From: a virus
Lineage: Duplodnaviria > Caudoviricetes
Length of the DNA stretch: 64,000 nucleotides
IMG/VR virus record: IMGVR_UViG_2751185671_000004
Coordinates: 1-64,000 of that record
Reading direction: 5' to 3' (one strand)
The notes below the pieces were generated by a model. That model ran no database searches. It had not been told where the DNA came from and was given only the letters and a program-made list of their open reading frames with translations. The translations under genes were made by a program, and so were the position numbers. This document shows, piece after piece, positions 1 to 8,560 of this stretch (its first letter is position 1; each line of letters opens with the position of its first letter).

Positions 1-243
1 TCAAGTTTCATAAACAGCATCTACGGCTGCCTGAGATACCGGACGCTGTTGTTGGCTATGGTAACTTTCTTCGTTCGGATGAGAAAAAGTAGTATCAGTA
101 TTCATATGCCATTCTCTATCCGCTTTTTCCACATCAATGGAACCATCACCTTCTTTTGTAATACGACCAGCCTTGATAGCTTTACGTACCGCCGTATCAG
201 AAATACCCCGATGGCGGGCATAGGCACGAATAGAGATTCCCAT
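1..243 (-). CDS. Terminase small subunit-like HTH protein (runs off the window edge)
   Basis: MGISIRAYARHRGISDTAVRKAIKAGRIT N-terminal HTH typical of genes preceding gpA-type terminases in this phage group. Confidence 0.7.
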   Translation of the reverse strand: MGISIRAYARHRGISDTAVRKAIKAGRITKEGDGSIDVEKADREWHMNTDTTFSHPNEESYHSQQQRPVSQAAVDAVYET

Positions 244-362
244 AAAGGTGCTCCGATAATTAATAGGGCCATCGCTCAGATAGCAGAAAAAATCAAGCAG
301 TATTTAACAAAAAACTCATAAACAAATAAATAAAAAACACCTTAAAAAATCAGCTAAAAACC

Positions 363-394
363 ACTTGATGTAACGCTCAAACGAAGGGTTAATG
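363..394 (+). promoter_or_regulatory. Repeated promoter-like motif, copy 1 (ACTTGATGT-N14-G(G/C)GTTAATG)
   Basis: Near-identical copies at 1706, 2238 and 3784, mostly upstream of small + strand genes. Confidence 0.65.
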
Positions 395-432
395 CTCCTA
401 CAAATACACAATAAGCGAGATAGAAAAATATT

Positions 433-672
433 ATGTTTAACCCTGATGACCCCAAAAGCCCAACAGCAGAATTTATAGCTAAAAAGCAACAGATTGATAA
501 GGCGCTACAACGCCTGCAGCAGAAAAGCGATGAATTCTTTAACGTTAACCAAAACAAGATACATTGGGGGCATGTTACCGACATTACCGATTATGCCGAA
601 TTACTAAATCATCTTACCGATAAAGTATTTAAAGAAGGCGAATATGCGCCAGGAAACACAGCTAAACGTTAA
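433..672 (+). CDS. Conserved small phage protein
   Basis: FIAKKQQID..LQQKSDEFF..IHWGHV..EGEYA resembles a small protein found next to DUF3489; hairpin at about 682-706. Confidence 0.7.
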   Translation: MFNPDDPKSPTAEFIAKKQQIDKALQRLQQKSDEFFNVNQNKIHWGHVTDITDYAELLNHLTDKVFKEGEYAPGNTAKR

Positions 673-759
673 AAATAAAAAGAGAGGCTACATTTTTTAG
701 TCTCTCGACTACCCCACGACGCCAATAAAAATCATCCAGTAAATACCGAGACAATCATT

Positions 760-1185
760 ATGATAAAACTCACGAATACACAAACCACCATTTTAGCGAA
801 CGCGGCACAAAGAGAAACAGGCTCGATTTATCCGCTGCCGAACACTATCAATAAAGGCATCGAGTCGCGTGTTATTAACAGCCTTCTCAAAAAACAATTT
901 ATCGACGAGAAGAACGGTGACTACACTATTAACGCCAACGGATTTAAAGCTATTGGCCTTGCACCTAGGGAGAAAAGCAAAACGAGCAAGAATGATATTA
1001 TTCTCCAGCTTGTGAGCGCCAAGGAAGGGGCAACGCTTGAGGCTTTATGCGAGGCTACCTCTTGGCAGAAACATAGCGTAAGGGGCGCTATAAGTACTTT
1101 AAAAACTAAAGGACATACTATTGTTTCCTCTAGAGATAGCGATGGATCGCGTAAATACACATTAAAAAAAGACAACACGCATTAG
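760..1185 (+). CDS. DUF3489 domain protein
   Basis: SKNDIILQL..EGATLEALCEATSWQKHSVRGAIS signature. Confidence 0.85.
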   Translation: MIKLTNTQTTILANAAQRETGSIYPLPNTINKGIESRVINSLLKKQFIDEKNGDYTINANGFKAIGLAPREKSKTSKNDIILQLVSAKEGATLEALCEATSWQKHSVRGAISTLKTKGHTIVSSRDSDGSRKYTLKKDNTH

Positions 1186-1266
1186 ATATTACCCCGTCAT
1201 TAACCTGTCCAAAAAAATATAAAACAGCGCTTTATTGAATTGACCTTGTCAGTAAGTGACGCCTGA

Positions 1267-1680
1267 ATGGAACACAACACCCTACAATCCGCCAAAGGAA
1301 CTCCGATAATGACAGCAAAAAATCCAGAGGTAAAAATAGATACAAGCAAAGCCATGTTGCTAGTAAAAAACAAAAGCACTTATCACGCCGTCTATTGTTT
1401 TTATAACCATCATAATAATAATCATAAGGGCGGCCTGGGTGATATTTTGCATCAACACTACAACACATTAGATAGCATCTATCAACTTATCCAAGGTGGC
1501 AATATTCATACCCTATATGCCGACAGTATTCGTCTTTTTACGATTGGCCACAAAAACCACCACCCTAATACCACATATAAAGATATCGGCATTGCACTAG
1601 ACGAAGGTGTTAAAGCTAACGTCCATCATATTTATATCTATGCTAATGATCTCTGGCGGCACACGCTGCTTGCTATTTAG
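1267..1680 (+). CDS. Hypothetical phage protein (start probably 1309)
   Basis: ORF with AAGGA RBS before ATG 1309; divergent promoter-like motif at 1238-1269. Confidence 0.55.
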   Translation: MEHNTLQSAKGTPIMTAKNPEVKIDTSKAMLLVKNKSTYHAVYCFYNHHNNNHKGGLGDILHQHYNTLDSIYQLIQGGNIHTLYADSIRLFTIGHKNHHPNTTYKDIGIALDEGVKANVHHIYIYANDLWRHTLLAI

Positions 1681-1705
1681 CTAAGTTTAAAAATCTACAT
1701 CATTG

Positions 1706-1737
1706 ACTTGATGTAATCGTCGAAGAGAGCGTTAATG
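1706..1737 (+). promoter_or_regulatory. Repeated promoter-like motif, copy 2
   Basis: ACTTGATGTAATCGTCGAAGAGAGCGTTAATG. Confidence 0.65.
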
Positions 1738-1772
1738 TAACAACATAAAAAACAACTCAAGGAGTTATTGCC

Positions 1773-2144
1773 ATGACTGAATTACGATTAGCGCTTACTA
1801 ATAAAGTACTAGAGATTATTTACCCAGAAGACCGCAAACATTTTAAAGAATATATTGACTATTTTACCGATGATGACCTTAAAAATATTAACAATGCAGA
1901 ACAATACAATGAAACCTATAAACATAAAGCTGAAATTAAAGTAACGTTAAAAGGTTTTGTCGGGTCAGATGTATTTAAAGCGGAATATATTGCTAATACC
2001 AACAATTGGGCAACTCAAGCCCATTTGTTAATAATTAAGAGGATGACAGCAATGCTCGATTGTTTTGATATTCATACACTCAATGCTATTGCGAATCGTA
2101 GTGTTGATATACCTAGCATCGTTAAAGAAATGGACGATATCTAA
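1773..2144 (+). CDS. Hypothetical phage protein
   Basis: AAGGAG RBS, promoter-like motif upstream, hairpin downstream. Confidence 0.65.
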   Translation: MTELRLALTNKVLEIIYPEDRKHFKEYIDYFTDDDLKNINNAEQYNETYKHKAEIKVTLKGFVGSDVFKAEYIANTNNWATQAHLLIIKRMTAMLDCFDIHTLNAIANRSVDIPSIVKEMDDI

Positions 2145-2158
2145 CGATACAGATATTG

Positions 2159-2179
2159 GGAGGCTAACATTTAGCCTCC
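2159..2179. terminator. Hairpin, probable terminator
   Basis: GGAGGCTAA-cat-TTAGCCTCC. Confidence 0.55.
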
Positions 2180-2398
2180 ATCAATAAATAATTAAAAATA
2201 TAATAGCACTTCCTACCTCAATATTTATCCATCATTGACTTGATGTGTCTCACAAAAGCGTCAATGTCCGGACTTAAACACGAAACGCAACGTAGAGAAA
2301 ATGAGTGCGCCAACATTTTAAAATATGTGGCACACCTTCGTATAGTAAATCAATAGTCTTATTACAACGTAATTTCAGCGTTTTATATTTAATATTTT

Positions 2399-3445
2399 TT
2401 ATTTATCAAGAATTCTGACTCCATCTCCATCAGCGACTTTTTTCACGAATGCTATTCTCAAATCTGTACTATTTCTAAAAGCTAAGTCAGATTGCCCAGG
2501 GATACGAAAAGAAGAATGGAGTGTTTTGCCTGTGTCGAAAATAATGCTATCACCAATAGACATATTGGATAACCAATATGCTTTATTAGATTCTTTTTTA
2601 TCAATAATTCCGGCAGGAAAAAACTTATCTTTATATTTTCGAGACGCTGTCACACCCATCACATCTTGATCTTTAACAGTATTATTATCATATACAAATA
2701 ATGGGTTAGATTCATTTACTTCATCCTGCAGTGTCCAGACATTAATCATTTTAACTAATTCATAGTCACTTTTACCAATTTTATCTGCAAAATTTTTATC
2801 CCAACTCGAATGGAAAGCTGTAAAAACCTGTTTAACGTCGGCTTTTCTTTCTAACGTAAAGTCGACATGAGGGATAACTGAAGGTTTTCTTTTTTTAACT
2901 CCACCGACAACATCAGCTTTTCCTGATGGGCCTCTTGGTTTACTAGAACGAGATACCATCCCGAGAGGAACAGCGATAACATCCTCGCCTAAATCATCTA
3001 GATATTTTTCCGTGAGTTTTGTTATCTCGTGTTTTAACTTATCCATGTCGCCTTCACTATGCTTTCCATCTCGAATAGATCGTATCAGGTCATGAAGCCT
3101 ACTTGGTAGCTGCCTAAATTCAAATCCATGTTGGAAAAGCTTAAAGTCTTCAACCCTACCACGAATATCAATAATCTCTTGAGATACTTCTTTTAATTTA
3201 CCGCCTTTTATCTGTTGAGCAATATTTAATCCCACTGGAGACATGTGGTCAAAAGCTTTGAGCTTTGGCCCGGCACTAAAAATATTGGCAGGCATAGCTA
3301 GATTTAAAGTGGGTGCTCTATAAATAGGCTCTGAATGCCTTACGTGACTAAGCGTAAGTGCATTCGAAAGATTTGTTTTCTTTGAATCTTCTGTGTGCGT
3401 GAAATTCGGGGTTCTTAAGTGAATAGATGCAGATGGTATTGTCAT
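2399..3445 (-). CDS. CmcJ/NvfI (AsaB-like) Fe(II)/2OG oxygenase with low-complexity N-terminal extension (moron)
   Basis: DIRG..F.L..HGFEF, PHVDFT (HxD), INVW, NPL, YWLSNM..DSIIFD, TLHSSF (distal His), RNSTDLR. Confidence 0.7.
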   Translation of the reverse strand: MTIPSASIHLRTPNFTHTEDSKKTNLSNALTLSHVRHSEPIYRAPTLNLAMPANIFSAGPKLKAFDHMSPVGLNIAQQIKGGKLKEVSQEIIDIRGRVEDFKLFQHGFEFRQLPSRLHDLIRSIRDGKHSEGDMDKLKHEITKLTEKYLDDLGEDVIAVPLGMVSRSSKPRGPSGKADVVGGVKKRKPSVIPHVDFTLERKADVKQVFTAFHSSWDKNFADKIGKSDYELVKMINVWTLQDEVNESNPLFVYDNNTVKDQDVMGVTASRKYKDKFFPAGIIDKKESNKAYWLSNMSIGDSIIFDTGKTLHSSFRIPGQSDLAFRNSTDLRIAFVKKVADGDGVRILDK

Positions 3446-3783
3446 AGAAACTCTTACATATCTTAAAAATTACAAACCTTTGTAGGATATAGATTCAAAC
3501 AGTTTGCTTTTTTTAATGCAATTTACACTATGAGAATAAAATAATGTCACAACAACTATTACTAATAGAACGGTTTTTATAGAATAAATTATAAATACAT
3601 ATAATGTGCCCCCCTCTAAACTATTACTTTTGTCACATGTTAATTCACAATGGCGGGATAGTCACAATTATCAGATACTTCTTATGTACCGAGATAAAAA
3701 TAAAAATTTTTTCTAAGTATAATAATAAACATTCTTCCTATTATAAAATAGTTTCAGCTTCCGATAAAATATATGCACCAATG

Positions 3784-3815
3784 ACTTGATGTAGTCGTCG
3801 AAACGAGCGTTAATG
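3784..3815 (+). promoter_or_regulatory. Repeated promoter-like motif, copy 4
   Basis: ACTTGATGTAGTCGTCGAAACGAGCGTTAATG. Confidence 0.65.
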
Positions 3816-3849
3816 TCCCTACAGAAACACATCAAGCGAGGAAATTAAA

Positions 3850-4128
3850 ATGGGCACATGGGCATTACCTAAAACAAAAAAAATCGCAAACGACTTGCAA
3901 GTATTGATGAAAAAGCCAATACCGTGCAACCAAGCGACTCATCATTTAGTCGACATTATCGGCGACGATGATTTATACGATCTTCTCGAAGCATTGGAGG
4001 GTGATTTTGATATACGCCCCATCATTCGAGACTTTTTAAGCGAAGTCATCACACAGCGCATCGACTACAACAATAATGACTGGGATAAGGAAGCCCTCCG
4101 TATTTGCACACGGCTAACCTCACCCTAG
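3850..4128 (+). CDS. Hypothetical phage protein
   Basis: GAGGA RBS and promoter-like motif upstream. Confidence 0.6.
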   Translation: MGTWALPKTKKIANDLQVLMKKPIPCNQATHHLVDIIGDDDLYDLLEALEGDFDIRPIIRDFLSEVITQRIDYNNNDWDKEALRICTRLTSP

Positions 4129-4131
4129 AGG

Positions 4132-5388
4132 TTAAGCCGATGTTACCTCCAGGCTGTTAAAGGTAAGAGAATCCAACAGCCTTGTCGCTTCCCCCCCTGA
4201 ATATTCTTGCCAACGACGAATAATAACGTCCACATATTTAGGATCAAGCTCTACTAGCCTTGCACGGCGGTTCGCTTTCTCACAGGCAATTAAGGTACTG
4301 CCAGAGCCACCAAACGGGTCTAATACAATATCCCGACTTTTACTGGAATTTCTTATTGCTTTCTCCACAAGCTCGACCGGCTTCATCGTAGGATGTAAGT
4401 CACTCTTATTAGGCTTATTAAAAAACCATAGATCGGTTTGATTTCTATCACCGCACCAGAAGTGGTCGCTGCCCTGTTTCCATCCATAGAGAATCGATTC
4501 GTATTGCCGCTGATAATCGGAATGGCCTAATGTAAAATGATTTTTCGCCCAAATAATAAATGTCGACCAACGGCCACCGGCATCGCGAAATGCCTTTTGT
4601 AAGGTATCCAGCTCGCTGGAGGACATACAGATATAACACGCGCCTTTAGTTTTATCGAGGATATGCGTTAGCGCGTCTTTTAAAAATGTGTAAAAGCCCT
4701 CGCCTAGATTATCATTGAGTATAGGGCGACTATTAAAGCGTATTTTATCGCGCTGGTTGCTCCCATAATCCACATTATAAGGCGGATCGGTAAAGGTCAT
4801 ATCGACCAACTCATCCCCCAGTAGCGTATTAATATCCTCACGGCTAGTGGCATCTCCACATAATAATTTATGATCGCCTAGCAACCATATATCACCGACT
4901 TGACTGATCACACTTTCTTCTGGCTCAGGCACCTCATCCTCGTTACCCTGGCTATCCGATGCGCTATCAAAATCCAGTAATTCATCTAGCTCGTCATCCG
5001 AAAAGCCAATGATATCGAGATTAAACCCTAGGTCTTTTAAATCATCAAGTTCCAAGGCAAGTAGTTCGTCGTTCCATCCAGCGTTTTCTGCGAGTTTATT
5101 ATCTGCAATAACCAGCGCCCGTCTCTGTGATTCTGTTAGATGATCTAGAATAATCACAGGGGCTTTTTCAAGTTGTAATTGTTGTGCGGCTAGTAGGCGG
5201 CCATGGCCTGCGATAATCGTTCCGTCACTCGAGACTAGGATAGGATTAACAAAACCAAACTCGACAATACTGGCAGCGATTTGAGAGACTTGGGTATCGT
5301 CATGAGTGCGAGCGTTACGGGCATAGGGAATAAGTTTTTTGAGTGGCCGGTGCACCACCGAATCTACAGCGATGTGCGCCATATACAA
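4132..5388 (-). CDS. ParB-like domain + N6/N4 DNA methyltransferase
   Basis: PYARNARTH, IIAGHGRL (ParB); TDPPY, HPTMKP, LDPFGGSGST. Confidence 0.95.
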   Translation of the reverse strand: MYMAHIAVDSVVHRPLKKLIPYARNARTHDDTQVSQIAASIVEFGFVNPILVSSDGTIIAGHGRLLAAQQLQLEKAPVIILDHLTESQRRALVIADNKLAENAGWNDELLALELDDLKDLGFNLDIIGFSDDELDELLDFDSASDSQGNEDEVPEPEESVISQVGDIWLLGDHKLLCGDATSREDINTLLGDELVDMTFTDPPYNVDYGSNQRDKIRFNSRPILNDNLGEGFYTFLKDALTHILDKTKGACYICMSSSELDTLQKAFRDAGGRWSTFIIWAKNHFTLGHSDYQRQYESILYGWKQGSDHFWCGDRNQTDLWFFNKPNKSDLHPTMKPVELVEKAIRNSSKSRDIVLDPFGGSGSTLIACEKANRRARLVELDPKYVDVIIRRWQEYSGGEATRLLDSLTFNSLEVTSA

Positions 5389-5477
5389 ACCTTAGTAAAA
5401 TAATAAAAACAGGAAAAAACAAAGATATAAAAAAATACGAAACAAAAGCGAATGAAAGGATCATGTAATGCAAAGGG

Positions 5478-5594
5478 TGCGAACTTGAATGTAAGAGTGC
5501 GAACCTGCGAACTGCGAACCACTTAACAACATCTATCGCTAGCGGAATTCGGCGGTGTGGAGGCCCGCTTGGCGCTTATCTCCACCAAGTACCT
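5478..5594 (-). other. Candidate cos/packaging site with TGCGAAC x4 repeats
   Basis: Minus strand AGGTACT-N21-GGGCCTCCACAC-CGCCG-AATTCCGCTA loosely parallels lambda cosQ-cosN-I2; GTTCGCA repeats follow. Confidence 0.45.
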
Positions 5595-6140
5595 TTTTGA
5601 TATTTTCGAAGGAGATCGCAGACGTTCGGCGAAGTTTTTTAAGTGTTATGAGCTGGTTTACAAATAAGACTGTGTTAATTAATAAAAGTTTCAATCAAAT
5701 TAATTTTTTTTCAAAGCTAATATTAATGTAAGAGAATAATCAATAAATGACAGTAAAAAATAACGCGAGAAAAATATTCCACTAAACACAAATGTTACAT
5801 ATGTTTAATCCCATCGTAAATAATAAATCCCGCTCCTCCAATCACCGCGATAAAGAATAAAATTAATAACGTGAAAAATGTTTGTTTAATCATGAGGAAG
5901 ACCCCTGTGTGTGATTAACTAGATTACCCCGTAAGTCCGAATTTATCACCCCGCTGAAGCCTGGAAAGTGCCAGTATAACGTGGGTTAAATAATTTAATC
6001 GCCTTGACCTAAGCTACCCTACTGCTTAGGTCGCTAACATTTTAAATCCCTCACATGAGCAGTTTTCAAGACATAAAAAATCGCAGCGATAGTCTCGACT
6101 GGGGTCTAATAAAAGACTCTAGGTAAATATTTTTATAAAG

Positions 6141-6683
6141 CTAATCTAAAGCTCTTTGCATGTTATCTCTCTTTAGTTTAAGGGTTTCAAGCTTATCTTT
6201 CTGTTTGCTCGTCATAGCTTCTCTTGGAATGCTATCAATCTGCCTAATCTCGTTCTTTAATGTATTAAGACGCATTTTAGCAGTACGATCATCATAGCTA
6301 TTAAAAGCATCAGTTATTAAAGTGCTAGTCACACCTGCATGTCTTATTGCTGAATCTATCTGATTTTTATGCTGTGCTCTTAACGCACTTAAGGAATTAT
6401 CTCTACCAACAAAAATAATATCCTTTCCGTTTATATGTGTCGACTCATGGTCTAACAAGCTTGCTGACTCATGTGGCATTACGGAACTTCTGGCATCTAG
6501 AAGACTTGTTTGTTGTTGAACTGGACTATGATTTCTCGCATCTAATATCGCCGGGGCAGTAGCACGAGCGCCTACGAAAAAGCTTGGTTGTCTTTCATCT
6601 CTGTTTTCTCTTGCGATACCGAAGCTGTTTGAAAGAGGATTCATAGCGTAAGAACCAGCAAAGGCTGGAGTATGTAGTGTCAT
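6141..6683 (-). CDS. Hypothetical moron protein (S/P/A-rich N-terminus, helical C-terminus)
   Basis: 180-aa ORF with AGGA RBS, flanked by duplicated terminator sequence. Confidence 0.6.
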   Translation of the reverse strand: MTLHTPAFAGSYAMNPLSNSFGIARENRDERQPSFFVGARATAPAILDARNHSPVQQQTSLLDARSSVMPHESASLLDHESTHINGKDIIFVGRDNSLSALRAQHKNQIDSAIRHAGVTSTLITDAFNSYDDRTAKMRLNTLKNEIRQIDSIPREAMTSKQKDKLETLKLKRDNMQRALD

Positions 6684-6960
6684 ATATGTTTCCTAAAAGA
6701 TTTCATCATAGATAAATTAATTAAATTTAATAGCTTTGTATCGTTATAGTATCGATTTAAACAATTTGGTTCACTTTTTAAAAATCGATAATTATCACAG
6801 TAATATCTTAGTGCTTAGGAAAATATAGACTTAAAAATCAATAATTTGGTATCGAATAGTCTGAACTTAGAACCAAGTTTATACTATCAGGTTTAAGGAT
6901 TCGAATAGCTGTTGTGACGCTTGGTAATACTTAATTACACCATCCGTTATTTTTTCAGGC

Positions 6961-6996
6961 ATAAAAAAACCGCAGCGATAGTCTCAACTGCGGTTT
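6961..6996 (-). terminator. Intrinsic terminator (degenerate copy at 6072-6112)
   Basis: AAACCGCAG-12 nt-CTGCGGTTT followed by a T tract on the minus strand. Confidence 0.75.
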
Positions 6997-7058
6997 AATA
7001 ATTTGTTAAATAAATATTACGTACCGTATTGGTTGGTACTTGTCTCAGGATAGGGCAA

Positions 7059-7087
7059 ACTATACGCCCAAACGCGGAATTTGTCCC
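7059..7087 (-). promoter_or_regulatory. Candidate late promoter
   Basis: GGGACA-N17-TATAGT directly downstream of the DUF6362 gene, about 60 nt before a terminator. Confidence 0.5.
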
Positions 7088-7106
7088 ACCCGTTTTTTAA
7101 GACTTC

Positions 7107-7550
7107 TTACCGGGAATTACCGCCACTTACCGGTACTTCTAAATTATCACTAATTGTACTAAGCGCTTCATTCCAATAACGCTGTGCCGTTGTTTTCGGA
7201 TAGCCCACCTCTCGCGCAATGGCTCGCCATGACATGCGCTGTGCTCTAAGCCAAATTAATTTACGCCGCTCTGGCTGATCGACTAACGTAATCCAAGCTA
7301 AGGTTTCTTCAGCGCGATCAATGGCATCGGGGAGTGGTTGTAATATCGTGTATTGTTTTGTTTTTTCCATCCGAGCAATTTCTCGTGGTGTGTATTTAAT
7401 TTCAGGCCAATAATTTCTATGGCCCAGTGATATATTTCCTGGTAACTTGCTTAACACGCTAACACACTCCTCAAAACGCCGTGCTACGGTTTTATTATCC
7501 CAGCTATGCCGATGCATTAGTGTCTCCCAGTTTGTTGATCCTGCGCCCAC
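7107..7550 (-). CDS. DUF6362 family protein with C-terminal HTH (probable late regulator)
   Basis: W..VARRFEE..L..LP, AIDRAEETLAWI, LIWLRA..SWRAIAREVG...TAQRYW. Confidence 0.75.
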   Translation of the reverse strand: MGAGSTNWETLMHRHSWDNKTVARRFEECVSVLSKLPGNISLGHRNYWPEIKYTPREIARMEKTKQYTILQPLPDAIDRAEETLAWITLVDQPERRKLIWLRAQRMSWRAIAREVGYPKTTAQRYWNEALSTISDNLEVPVSGGNSR

Positions 7551-7987
7551 ATGAGCAGTCCTAGCGCATCTGCCTCGTTATCGTCAGCAGGTTCATAGCC
7601 TAAACGTCTCACCGAATCGATCATAGCCTGTTTGCTCGCATTACCTTTGCCCGTGATATGTTTTTTAATCGTACCAACAGGCACACCTTGGTAAGGAATA
7701 TTTTCCTGCTCACCAAACGCGGTAAGTGTTGCTAAAAATCCGCCGTACACATGCGCTGCGTCTGTCCCTATGTGCCGCCTAACCTCCTCGAAATAAATTA
7801 CGTCTATGCCATCGATGGATGTATGTAAATCTCGTAGCCAAGCATTAAATTTTAAAAATCGCATCCCACCCCCGTCGTAACGACTATGCTTGAAATTAGC
7901 GATGCCGCTGATAATTAATTCTTTTGATCTCATCGCCCATCCAGTCGTTGTTCCTAGATCCAGTGATAATACGTTTAAATTATCCAT
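7517..7987 (-). CDS. RuvC-like Holliday junction resolvase
   Basis: LSLDLGTTTGWA, YFEEV, GKGNASK, DDNEADA. Confidence 0.9.
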   Translation of the reverse strand: MDNLNVLSLDLGTTTGWAMRSKELIISGIANFKHSRYDGGGMRFLKFNAWLRDLHTSIDGIDVIYFEEVRRHIGTDAAHVYGGFLATLTAFGEQENIPYQGVPVGTIKKHITGKGNASKQAMIDSVRRLGYEPADDNEADALGLLMWAQDQQTGRH

Positions 7988-8265
7988 TATTTTTTTCTCC
8001 TTTGCGTGACGGTTTTTTTAGGGGCAATACGTTTTCCTCGTGCCCGGTGTTTTTCGCACCGACGTGTTAACGACCTAATTTTAAATGGTGTGGCTGTTTG
8101 AAATGATGCACCGCATTCAGGACACCGACTATCCCACACCAATAACATCGTCTCCCTCCCATTGGATTTTCGTGTATAAAATTCTACCCTTTTGAACTCA
8201 TAGGCCTGTCCGTCATACATCAAGATCATTCCTGGTCGAGGGGGCATATTAAATTCATGTATCAT
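7987..8265 (-). CDS. Small Zn-finger-like phage protein
   Basis: CPECG..RRCEKH; start/stop coupled to the resolvase. Confidence 0.55.
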   Translation of the reverse strand: MIHEFNMPPRPGMILMYDGQAYEFKRVEFYTRKSNGRETMLLVWDSRCPECGASFQTATPFKIRSLTRRCEKHRARGKRIAPKKTVTQRRKK

Positions 8266-8307
8266 CGTCTCATCTCCGCCGTGAAAAAAAACCTATCCGA
8301 CGAGGTG

Positions 8308-8344
8308 ATATTAACCCTACTAGTTCACTAAGTAGGGTTAATAT
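8308..8344. repeat. 14-bp perfect inverted repeat downstream of the primase
   Basis: ATATTAACCCTACT-9 nt-AGTAGGGTTAATAT. Confidence 0.8.
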
Positions 8345-8560
8345 ACCCGTAGGGGATATAGTCTGTGTTACATCCTTAAAAAAGCTCAAAAAGTCACGCA
8401 GCACTAAGGCTAGAAGCAGGTGCGCAAGACTTTTTAAACCGAAGGAATGTAAAAGTTCGATATTTTTTATAAGCTACTGATTTTATTAGTAAATATGTCA
8501 ACAAGAGGAATGTAGTTCGCAAAAAAAACTAGAAAACCTCTTAAGTATGCAAATGAATTT

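Noticed and set aside
3540-3670. Clustered TCACA half-sites suggesting CRP boxes
   Set aside because: No correctly spaced TGTGA-N6-TCACA found
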